DNA of 64,000 bases from Octopus vulgaris (lineage: Eukaryota). The translations under genes were made by a program, and so were the position numbers. A model generated the notes under the pieces. The model searched no databases, was not told the DNA's origin, and saw only the letters and a list, made by a program, of their open reading frames with translations. The DNA lies in NCBI GenBank assembly GCA_951406725.2, contig OX597821.1:25482001-25546000 (forward strand). The letters run 5' to 3'. Shown piece after piece: positions 53,913-64,000 of this stretch (its first letter is position 1; every line of letters begins with the position of its first letter).

Positions 53913-54280
53913 CATCATCATTGTTCGACCGTGATCGAGACAATGGAATTTACCATGCTATGCCAGACTTCACGGTCCATCATAGCATTACGGAGGTCCT
54001 GTTGCTGGATGCCTGTATCCCTGGAGATTACATCAGGGTAGGAGAGTGTGCGTCCTCTGGTATTGCGAGTAGATGGCTTCCAGAGGAAAAGAGTAGAAAT
54101 TACCTCTTTTTCAGCTCTACAACAATGTCCAGCAAACTGGACTCTCCTACCTTTCACAAGAGATGACACAGGTGGTAGTTTCCCATATATTTGCATTTTG
54201 GTTGGATGGCGCTTCCACGGGAGATTTTGAGCTCTCATAAGGAGGCGAGTGTAGGTTCCATCCAACCGCCTCTCAAGCCT
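53913..54280 (-). mobile_element. RTE-clade-like LINE 3' fragment, same family as 10858-11330
   Basis: ORF 53918-54265 differs at about 19 of 114 aa from ORF 10978-11325; (TGA)n tail; 9-bp target-site duplication TGAATTCTT at 53904-53912 and 54283-54291. Confidence 0.9.
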
Positions 54281-54339
54281 AGTGAATTCTTAGTGAACCA
54301 AGCAGGTTTTCAAATATTTGAAATGCAATGTATACCCTA

Positions 54340-54524
54340 TTAAATCCTTTAGCATTCAGATTATTCTGTCAAATGTAATGTTTACTTATTCACATTGTTT
54401 TGAATTAATCATGCATCATCTTGCAGCTTTGAGATTTTCATGATAGGATTGCTTCTTTTTAAAAGGACGCTGGTTTGAGCATAAAACAGGGAGATATGGC
54501 CGATTTGAATGCTAAAGGGTTTAA
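54340..54524 (-). mobile_element. MITE family D
   Basis: CCTTTAGCATTCAGA...GAATGCTAAAGGGTTTAA; body in reverse orientation. Confidence 0.78.
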
Positions 54525-54791
54525 CATAATTTAGCTTCTAAATGCGAAAAATGAATTAAGTGGTTGTACCAACTCCTGGGAGACAACTTAAAGTCTGTGT
54601 TTATTCAAAAAGATATATCTTACATTTCAAATTACCCAAAAACTGCTGTGTAGGGCACCATTGATTAGTTCTACATCAACAGAGAACACAATTAGTTATG
54701 CAAATTAGACAAACCAGTTTAATTATGACTGAGTTTGTAAACACTATAAATAGCTATAAGCAAATAATTTCTGTGGACAGAAGATGGGTAT

Positions 54792-54868
54792 TCTTTCACT
54801 AATGAAGGTCTAACAAGTACATATAGTACACAGATCCGTGTACTTGTTAGACCTTCATCAGCAAAAGA
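54792..54868 (-). other. 77-nt hairpin with a 30-bp stem
   Basis: 54792-54821 pairs with 54839-54868: 27 Watson-Crick pairs plus 3 positions that are G.U only on the minus strand; 17-nt loop. Confidence 0.85.
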
Positions 54869-55539
54869 GACTATGTATCTAACCTAGTTAGCGATACAAA
54901 GAGATAAAAATACTATGGCATACTGTTTCTGTAAACATAGAATGAGGCTAAATCCATTGTTTATTGAAAAAAAGGTATCCCTTAATTTTCAAACTTTCCA
55001 ATAAATGTTATGTGTGTAGTACACCATTAATAATTGATAAATCATTGTCAATACAAGCATTGTTATGCAAATTAGAAAAATCAGTTCAGGTCGAGCATAT
55101 TATAAATAGCTATAAGCTAATAATTATTTTGTGGATGGGAGGTGGATATTTGGTTTTCAGATGAAGGCTAGAATCTAATAAGACTGATTGCTTTTATGTC
55201 CACAAAGTTAAAAACAAAGTTTGCAATGTAATAATTTTTATCAAGTTGCATTATTAATTCAAAGGGTACACTTTATATCACAATTTTCACTTTACACACA
55301 CACTGATGGGCTTCTGCACAATTTCAACCAACCAAATTTAACTTACAACATATTGTGCACAAGTGTGTTATGTGTGCATTTCTGTATATTGATGTAAATA
55401 TTTTGACAATTCTAAAGTGTTGGTACTCAGCTGAACTTGGCCATTCAATAAAATGACAACCAAATATAGTGCTTGACTAAGATCTCCAACATGGTCACCA
55501 CCCTAAAACTGACTCTAGTAAAATATATTAATAAAATAA

Positions 55540-55725
55540 TGGTTTCTAAATTTAAGCACAAGGCCAGCAATTTTGAAGTAAGATAGTTAATCAATTACAC
55601 TGATCCTATTATTTCCTAACACTTATTTCATCAAGATGAAAGGCCAAAGTGACCTCGGCAGAATTTGAACTCAAAACACTAAGAGCCAAAACAAATGCCA
55701 CAAGGCAGTTTTTTCTGACACACTC
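55540..55725 (-). mobile_element. SINE family B, decayed
   Basis: GCACAAGGCCAGCAATTTT...GATGAAAGGCCAAAGTGACCTCGGCAGAATTTGAACTC. Confidence 0.7.
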
Positions 55726-56615
55726 TGCAATGAAATAACATATAAAAAAACTGGGTCAGATAACTGTGGTGATAGTGGTGTGTCAGCACTGAACACTGTT
55801 TTCAAGGTGTGTTTCTTGAGGAAGTTAGCTATGATGAAATTATTTTCGTTCAAGCTATATTTCACACAAGAAGCTGAGCTCACACTGCAGCTTAACATAA
55901 CACTCATTAGCTCGCAATGATACACCACATCTTGTCTGTGGTACCTATTTACTGGGTCAACTAAAGTCGTGTGTCCTAGGCTAGACTATATAATGCTGCT
56001 AACAAGATATACAAACCACTGCAATTTTGTTGACCACACATGTGTGTGTGTGCATTCATGTTCTTAACAACACTTCTCCACAGAGAGAAAAACAAAATGC
56101 AGAAGAAAAAAAATACCTATGTTTTTCATTTATCTTAAAATGTTACAAGAGAAAAGCTTAAACTATATTTAGGTTTATAATATTTTCTTCATTGTATTCA
56201 TTACTAATATAAGTAATTATTGCTATTCATAAAGACACTGACTTCTCAGTTTTTAAACAGCAACAGTAATTCACTCAAGTAAAACTAAGTCACACTGCCA
56301 TTACTTGTATTATTACATGATCTATGGAAAAACGAAATGTATTTTAACACATCAAAAAGGTATGATTGTGAATGTGTGTGTGTATTATGTGTATATTATA
56401 AATATGTACGTTTGTGTACTAGAATATATATGTATGTGTACACATACACATTTGTATATAAATTACAAACATATATATACATATATATATAAAACTAAAA
56501 AATATATATATGCATATACACACATACATACATTTATATATATATATATATATACATATACACACATACATACATTTATATATATACATATACACACATA
56601 CATACATTTATATTG

Positions 56616-56873
56616 GCCCTCGTGCCGGTGGCACATAAAAAACACCATCCGTTCGTGGCCGTTTGCCAGCTCTGGCTGGCACCAGTGCGGGTGGCACGTA
56701 AAAAGCACCCACTACACTCACGGAGTGGTTGGCGTTAGGAAGGGCATCCAGCCGTAGAAACACTGCCAGATTTGACTGGGCCTGATGAAGCCTTCTGGCT
56801 TCACAGACCCCAGCAGAACCGTCCAACCCATGCTAGCATGGAAAACGGACGCTAAATGATGATGATGATGATG
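56616..56873 (+). mobile_element. SINE family C
   Basis: Two modules plus body and (GAT)n tail, embedded between microsatellites. Confidence 0.88.

Positions 56874-56882
<9 letters not shown>

Positions 56883-56940
<58 letters not shown>
56883..56940. repeat. (TG)n microsatellite
   Basis: About 29 perfect units; many further (CA)/(TG) tracts occur throughout the window. Confidence 0.97.
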
Positions 56941-56941
<1 letters not shown>

Positions 56942-57157
56942 ATAAATACATGTGTGTGAGGCTGCGTAAAAGGTTAATAGATTTGAGCCATTAATATAAA
57001 ATACTCATCAAGTGAAATTCTACTTGTTTATCAAACCAAATTCTTATAACAACCTTTCACCCATTTTCTATTTTCTCCAAATTTCACCTTATTTTTACCT
57101 ATCAGTGTGTATGTTATGGGGCAAATGATGAATTAAAAATTTGAGATGAAAATTGAG

Positions 57158-57188
<31 letters not shown>

Positions 57189-57409
57189 AACAGGGAGAGA
57201 GAGAGAGGGGGGAGTGTAGCTTGCTAGTGTGAAGTGAGGACATGTAAAGAAGTAGCTAGCTAGGGACATGAGGTGAAATGTTCCCAACAGAGTGAAGAAT
57301 ATCTAGACAGGTAGACACAACTCTTGATTCTTCATGTAGCAATGCTTGATAGAAATCAATAAGGAAAGCAGATCAATAATAACAAGCAGCTGAGGCCCCT
57401 GCCTACATC

Positions 57410-57412
<3 letters not shown>

Positions 57413-57466
<54 letters not shown>
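57413..57466. repeat. (GA)n microsatellite
   Basis: About 27 perfect units. Confidence 0.97.
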
Positions 57467-57469
<3 letters not shown>

Positions 57470-57574
57470 TGTATGTGTGTGTGTGTGTAGAGGCCTACCA
57501 TACACAGCAGCTACTTCACACACTCCAACAGCCAGTCAAAGCAACTTTCTAGCTGGCACACCTATTGCTGCCAC

Positions 57575-58140
57575 AACTGCCACTACTACTACTACTAATG
57601 CTGTTACCACCACTACTGCTACTACCACCACCACCACCACCACTACTGCTGCTACTACTACTACTCCTTGTGTGACATCGCTAACACCACCACCATTATT
57701 ACTACTGACATCAACACCACTTTTACTGCTATCTCTACCACTGCCCTTACTACTACTACTACAACTACCACCACCACCACCACCATTACTACTAATACTA
57801 CTACCACCACCATCAGCACTGTTAACATGACTACTACCACGTCCACCACTAATACTGCTGCTGCCATCGTCACCACAGCAACATCTAATACCACCTCTAC
57901 TTCAACCACAACTTCCACTATACATCTACTACCACCACCAGCACCACACAACTGCTGCCCCGGCTACTATCACAACCTCCACAACTGCTTTTGCTACTGC
58001 CATTAATAGCAGCTATGGCTCTCACTACTACTAATACTACTACTACAACTACTACTACTACCACCACCACCACCAGCACTGCAACCACTTTCCTCTCCAC
58101 CACTTGTTAGCAAGCTCACCTCTCTACCACCACCGCCTCC
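57575..58140. repeat. (ACC/ACT/GCT)n low-complexity trinucleotide tract
   Basis: Imperfect ACC/ACT runs producing spurious Thr-, Pro- and Val-rich ORFs. Confidence 0.9.
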
Positions 58141-58214
58141 ATTATCAGGTCAATACTATACAACCTTGTATGCCACTGGATTATTTTATAGAGCTCTGGG
58201 TGTACTTCAGTTGA

Positions 58215-58261
<47 letters not shown>

Positions 58262-58602
58262 GACGGAGAGAAGCAAGTGCAAAACAAGTGAGTGAGAAAG
58301 AAAGAGTAAGGTGAAAGCAGAACACAGCTATTTGGTGTGTTGACAGTATTAACAAGAACAGCACTAAGTAATTAACTTTCTTACTGTAGACAATAATACC
58401 TTTAAAAAAAAAACAGCCTGAGTTAATTAAAGAGTATAGAGAAATCTAGAAATGTGTAAAAAAAAATTTGCACAGTAAATTTTAAATTTTTTCAAAGATT
58501 AAAAAAATATTAAGCAAAAAATCACCACCCAAAAGAACTTGACAAAATATACTAAAAACACATGTGAATAGGGATTTAAAATTATAAAAAAATATATATA
58601 TA

Positions 58603-58767
58603 GGCGCAGGAGTGGCTGTGTGGTAAGTAGCTTGCTAACCAACCACATGGTTCCGGGTTCAGTCCCACTGCATGGCATCTTGGGCAAGTGTCTTCTGCTA
58701 TAGCCCCGGGCCGACCAATGCCTTGTGAGTGGATTTGGTAGACGGAAACTGAAAGAAGCCCGTCGTA

Positions 58768-58807
<40 letters not shown>

Positions 58808-59020
58808 TGCATTTGTGTATATGTTTGTCCCCCTAGCATTGCTTGACAACTGATGCTGGTGTGTTTACGTCCCCGTTACTTAGCGGTTCGGCAAAAGAGA
58901 CCGATAGAATAAGTACTGGGCTTACAAAGAATAAGTCCCGGGGTCGATTTCCTCGACTAAAGGCGGTGCTCCAGCATGGCCGCAGTCAAATGACTGAAAC
59001 AAGTAAAAAGAGAGTAAAAA
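58603..59020 (+). mobile_element. Full-length tRNA-headed SINE, family A (CORE-like centre, internal microsatellite)
   Basis: A box GTGGCTGTGTGG, B box GGGTTCAGTCCC, then CTTGGGCAAGT; internal (TA)n; 3' GACTGAAACAAGTAAAAGAG tail. Several near-identical copies in the window. Confidence 0.9.
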
Positions 59021-59459
59021 GAATATATATATTTTTTTTGTATTAAGTTAATCAATCCAAGTGTCTTTGATTCAAATGTATGTAATCATTGTAAGATAGG
59101 CAAGAAACTGGACATGGATCAGAAAGAAAAAATACTCTTGAGATACAACAGTTGTTTGATAAAATAGTAGCAAATTTGGTTATTATTCAGTTAGGTGAGG
59201 GCTTGTGTACATGGTAGTCAGGGTAATACTGGATCTGTGGGGTTCCTTCATTGGCGCTAGCTTGAGATTCTCCTGCATCATTCATGTGTTCACATACTTT
59301 GTATAACTATATATACTTTTATCTCATTTCACTGTCTTTTCTCTTTCTTTCTTCTCATCTTTTACATAAACTTCCACACAAATTGTAGACTGTCCCTTGT
59401 GATGTCCCCTCATCTATGCCCCTGTAGCAATTTCAAAGAAATCATTGTCGTTATTACTT

Positions 59460-59900
59460 GCAAGCTGGCAGAATCATCGTATTTTAGGGGGGGAAAAAAC
59501 TTTGAGGCATTTGTTCCAATTGTTTACATTCTTGAGTTCCAATCTCACAGAAGCCAAATTTGCCTTCTGGGGACAATAAAATAAAGTACCTATCTAAGAA
59601 CTGTCATCAATAGTATTGACTAAAGCCCTCCTATCAAAATTGTTGGCCTTGTATCTAAATCAGAAGCTATTACTATATAATAAAGGCAGTGACCTGGCAC
59701 AATCGTTAAGCATGCTGGGCAAAGTGCTTAGCAGCATTTCATCCATCTGTATGTTCTGAGTTCAAATTCTGCTGAAGTTGACTCTACTTTCCAGCCATTC
59801 AGGGTCGATAAAATAGGTACCAGTTGAAAACTGGGGCCAATATAATTGACCTGCCCTTCCCCTGAAATTGTTGGCCTTGTGCCAAAATTTGAAACCATTA
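59460..59900 (+). mobile_element. Two tandem SINE family B copies
   Basis: Two heads (AAGCTGGCAGAATC at about 59462, GACCTGGCACAATCG at about 59691), each followed by the core and a GGCCTTGT tail. Confidence 0.75.
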
Positions 59901-60127
59901 TTATTATTAATATAGTTCCATAAATCTTCCATAATCAGTCAATATCAACCCATTATTTTTCACTGTAGCCACACATTTACTCATAATCTGCAATGTGTCC
60001 AGATCAACCCTCAATTCTTGACATCTTCAAGCTAAATCTGTCTGAGATCCCAAACTAATAAACCTTAATTTACATGCCAGTTAAACTGTATCTACAATAC
60101 ATTTTAACTTTTAATCTCTCTCAGACA

Positions 60128-60440
60128 GCTGTGTAATAAGAAGGTTTGTTTCTCAACAACATGGCTTTAGGTCCAATCCTATTGCACAAGTGTCTTCCTC
60201 TATAGACCCAAGTCAGCCAAAACCTTGTAAGTGAACTTGGTAAAGAGAAATTAAATGATGTGTGTGTGTGTGGCTGTCACTTGACAATTGGTTAATTTAC
60301 TTATGTCACCCATAACATAGCAGTTCAGTAAAAGAGATCGATAGAATAAGTACCAAACTTTAAAAATAAAGTACTGGGGTCAGTTTTTTCCAACTAAAAC
60401 CCTTCATGGCACTGCCCTGAAACAAGTAAGAGCTAAAAGA
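60128..60440 (+). mobile_element. Diverged SINE family A relative
   Basis: CAAGTGTCTTC...AAAAGAGATCGATAGAATAAGTAC...GTACTGGGGTC...TGAAACAAGTAA. Confidence 0.7.
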
Positions 60441-60622
60441 TCATATTTAATTTGTGGAACTCAAGTAATATACATCTTAATCTAATTCTCAAGTTACACA
60501 ATACAATAAGCCGTGACACCCACCACCAAAGGAATCATAAACCATAATGGATTCATATATACAATTAATCTGAGATATACTCCCACAACAAAAATAAACA
60601 ACTCAAGTTAAAAAGTTGTAAA

Positions 60623-61483
60623 TACAAGTTGTCAATAGGTATCTGGACTGTTGCCATAGTAACGAAGCTAAAGCACACAGAGTGAAGCTGCTCAGCAAAG
60701 ATTGACTTTGAAATCTGCCGTGTATATGTACTAAGTTTTAATGTTCTAGCTCACTTTCGCTGTTTATGGCAGTGCTTGAAAGGAAGGTGTGTAGTGTGTG
60801 ATTGTCACAGTGACCATAACAGAGAAAGTTGTCATGGCGATACCTGCTCAGAGGCCTATGCAAAGTTGCAGAAAGTGTATGGAAAGGAGTGTATCAGCCG
60901 CACAAAAGTGTAGGAGTGGTTCAGACGTTTTCAAGATGGTCAAAAACATGTTGATATTGAGGAACGTTCTGGGAGACATGCAACCAGCAGAACTGAGAAA
61001 AACATCGCAGATGTGCATGCAGTCATGAGGGGAACTTGTCAAATCACCATCCATGAGTTATCAGAGGATGCGCAGATTATTTACGGTTCAGTTCCGTCCA
61101 TTATCACTGATGATTTGGGTACAAGATGCTTGTCTGCCAAGTTTGTGCCAAAATGCTTTCAGCTGACCAAAAGGACATTCAGGTTTCAGTTGCACAAGAT
61201 CTTGATTGTGCTGAAAACGATAAAAAATTTTCAAAACCTTGCATAGGCCTCTGAGCAGGCATCACCAAGCTTTAGGCAAAATTTGATGGAGATTCTCTGC
61301 CACGATCAATGCAACAATCACACGCTACACACCTTCCTTCAAAGCCCTGCTGTAAACAGTGGAAGTGAGCTAGAGCGTTAAAACTTGGTTTGCATACACA
61401 GCAGAGTTCAAGCAGCTTCACTCTATCTGCTTTAGCTTTGTTACTATGGCAACAATCCAGATACTTATTGATCAGACCACATG
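60623..61483 (+). mobile_element. Mariner-derived element with long (about 190 bp) inverted ends
   Basis: Remnant KLQKVYG...EWFRRFQDG...ERSGR...ITIHELSE...LSAKFVPK. Left TATCTGGACTGTTGCCATAGTAAC...GAAGGTGTGTAG matches the reverse complement of right CTACACACCTTC...GTTACTATGGCAACAATCCAGATA. Confidence 0.85.
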
Positions 61484-62196
61484 ACAGCCCAGCAACCACT
61501 CCCATGTATTGTTGGCAAAAGAGTGTACCCCAATTAAAAAACAGGTTTATTTTTAGTTAGCTCCTTAAGGAAGTGGGTTAGCCTCAAACATATTACCAGG
61601 ACAATTTTACAATCACTCACTATTCTTTCCTTAGTTTTTTAACATTTTGTCTAATCCAGTCAGTCGTCCCCACCACCACATGCATGCTCACACATTATCT
61701 GCAAATATGCAAGGAGTTGAATACAACCAGCTACTTATACTTTAAATCACTGTATATGTGTGTGGACAAGATTGAATGTTGTCAGCCCCCAAGTCAGTCC
61801 TGATCCAAAACATTCCAGCTGTGAAAATCAGGTCTTATTTTATTTTCCAGACTACTTTTATACAATCTATTGTTCAAATTGGCTACAAAGGGAGCAAGCT
61901 AAACAACCACCCAGTTACTGTCCAAATCCTGGGTCAGTAGTAATTAAAGCAGACCTACACTCAAAGGCAATCCAACTGTGATCACTCCTATTATTCATAC
62001 ATTATGTACCTGGGACTACACTATGCAATTGTTTATTTTTCAAAAATGGTACAGCATGATTTGAGAGAGATTTGCCTGCTCTTTATAGTATATTAGGAAA
62101 AACTCTTGTAAGTGCTTGAGTGTCTATGTGCAAAACTACACACATATGTATATAAGCAAGTATACACATGTATGTATATATACAGACACATATATG

Positions 62197-62228
<32 letters not shown>

Positions 62229-62928
62229 AAACTACACATACACATATCTAAGTATAAACATACACATGTATATAAGAACACATAGCACATACACATATCT
62301 CACTTCAGATGAAACATAATTATTTACTTTCATAAATATTTTATATAAACACTCAAAGCTTGCAAATATAATTGTGTGTCTGTTTGCCTTTTTCTCAATG
62401 TGATGTTATAGTGACCTCTGCTTCTCTGAAAATGCTTCCAATCAGCTCCTAGGCTCCACATCAACCAGTATTTGTTCTCCCTACATACATGCGCACATGC
62501 GTGTGCATGCACATATACTACAGCTCAAATTTAAAAGTTAGCCTTGTTAACTGCATCGTCTTATCTCTTCCCTATACTCTAGGGAACATTAAACAAGAAG
62601 TTATGGGCACTGCTCGTCTACTTCCCCTAATTATGAGAAAGTGCATATTTACAAAAGCTAGAACAGAGAGAGAGAAAGAGAGCGGAGGGACAGAGGAAAG
62701 AGAGAGAGAGAGAAGGGGAGAGAGAAAGAGAAGTTTGTGTGTGTGTGTGTGTGTAGGTGCACATTGGTTGTTTAACCCCAAGTCAATCCTGGTAGAACAG
62801 ACTTATGATGAAAAGTGTTCCATACTGTCTCTTTTTCAAGACAATGTGGTCGTAATTTGAGAAACATTTAACTGCTATTTCTACCACATCAAACCCACAC
62901 ATGAATGCAAGTTCATGTATGTATAGAT

Positions 62929-63158
62929 TTAACCCTTTAGTATTCAACCTGGTCATACCAGGCCAAAATATTCTACCTGTTTTATAATCAAAGTGGCCAG
63001 ATTTGGTTCCTCACACATACCCTCCAATATCATTCTAAAAATTAAGTTATGTCTTAAAAATTCAAAAGCCATAATATAATGATGCATGAATAATTCAAAA
63101 CAATGTGGATTGAGTAAGTATTACATTTGACAAATTGATCTAAATGCCAATGGGTTAA
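62929..63158 (+). mobile_element. MITE family D
   Basis: TTAACCCTTTAG...TGGGTTAA. Confidence 0.78.
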
Positions 63159-64000
63159 GAAGTTCATAAAACAAGATTTTTATATATTATAAAAGAAATT
63201 TGGCATTAGGTATTAACCTCAATAATAGATTCCTCTTGGTATAGACAAGGTAAAACAAGCAGGTATTTAAATGTTCTATGTCCACATCACATAAGCCACA
63301 TGTTTTTATAACTATATATTAATGATGAAAGAGAAAGATCAAATGAACTAACCAACCTCTTGCTTCACTAACATCGTTTTTCTTCTATATACACACACTC
63401 TCTTCGTTTTATCTACAGCAATTCTAACAAAATAAACGATCTCTCAAAAAATTACAAGTAGTCTGAGTAATCTGGCAAAAATTATCATGTGAACGTCGAA
63501 CATTTGGATATGTTCTTATACCGTGCAGAAAGAGTGCCACCAATTTCTCCGATGCCTTTTGCTGGACTGGAGAGAGAAAAAAGTGCTTTTCTAAAAATAT
63601 AAATTAGCTCAAAATGTCAGGATCTTTGTCTCTCACACAAAACTGGCTATTCCAAATTTATATACATCTTAAAATTAACTTTCATTTGATAATATACACA
63701 CAAAGACAATTAAATCAAGCATTAGCCTCCCTCAAAATGTCAGGATCCTTGCCTCCTACAGAATACTGTTTCAAAGATAAGAACATCTTAAAATCAACTG
63801 CCATTTGAACACACACACACACACACAATAAAATCAAGTGCTTCATTTTTGTCTGATTATTATCAACTCATAACAATTAACAACTAATTATAATAATTAA
63901 CTAAAATTACATTACTTTGGGACAATTTATAAGAATAGTAAGCAAAAAGTTTTACTTTTACAGCCTTTACCATTAAGTATTACCCCGTTAGCACTTAAAC

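Larger units (their letters stand above)
1..64000 (-). other. SSBP3: Internal (mostly intronic) portion of the SSBP2/3/4 (Ssdp) gene; no gene start or end seen in the window
   Basis: Three collinear phase-0 exons on the minus strand encode the segment just C-terminal to the LUFS domain. The preceding (...AFHDY) and following (PFMSPRY-like) exons were not found in the window, so the gene is inferred to extend beyond both ends. Confidence 0.8.

Noticed and set aside
57477-58103. Mucin-like Thr-rich ORFs
   Set aside because: Products of an ACC/ACT trinucleotide tract open in several frames on both strands.
58603-58680. tRNA gene
   Set aside because: A and B boxes belong to a SINE head; no full cloverleaf, and it continues into the SINE body.

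Overview
AT-rich, microsatellite-dense animal genomic DNA. The SINE/MITE repertoire looks like that of an octopus (coleoid cephalopod), which is inferred from recall rather than a search. The whole window appears to lie inside one minus-strand gene, the SSBP2/3/4 (Ssdp) orthologue. Three phase-0 coding exons are identifiable: 50383-50418 (GFVNSGVNGIAY), 15304-15384 (NAAAPSPLGQMPPQDGMPGGPMPGFFT) and 6101-6163 (PPASQPSPHPQPHTPMMGQNQ), separated by introns of about 35.0 kb and 9.1 kb. The LUFS-domain exons and the downstream exons were not found and presumably lie outside the window. The introns contain three SINE families, RTE-type LINE fragments, three mariner relics, hAT-, pogo- and piggyBac-type MITEs, a Helentron-like element with an AP-endonuclease fragment, and a decayed Helitron PIF1 helicase. 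Almost all listed ORFs are spurious. The most interesting signal is non-coding: two diverged copies (about 29.5-29.9 kb and 48.2-48.6 kb) of a 326-365 nt, terminally redundant, highly structured element. Each carries a type I hammerhead ribozyme, and several helices show compensatory base-pair changes between the copies, suggesting a retrozyme-like circular-RNA mobile family. A third, unrelated hammerhead-like structured element lies at about 22.4-22.8 kb. A 629-bp fold-back, a strand-specific pre-miRNA-like hairpin and several candidate cassette or poison exons are also reported.
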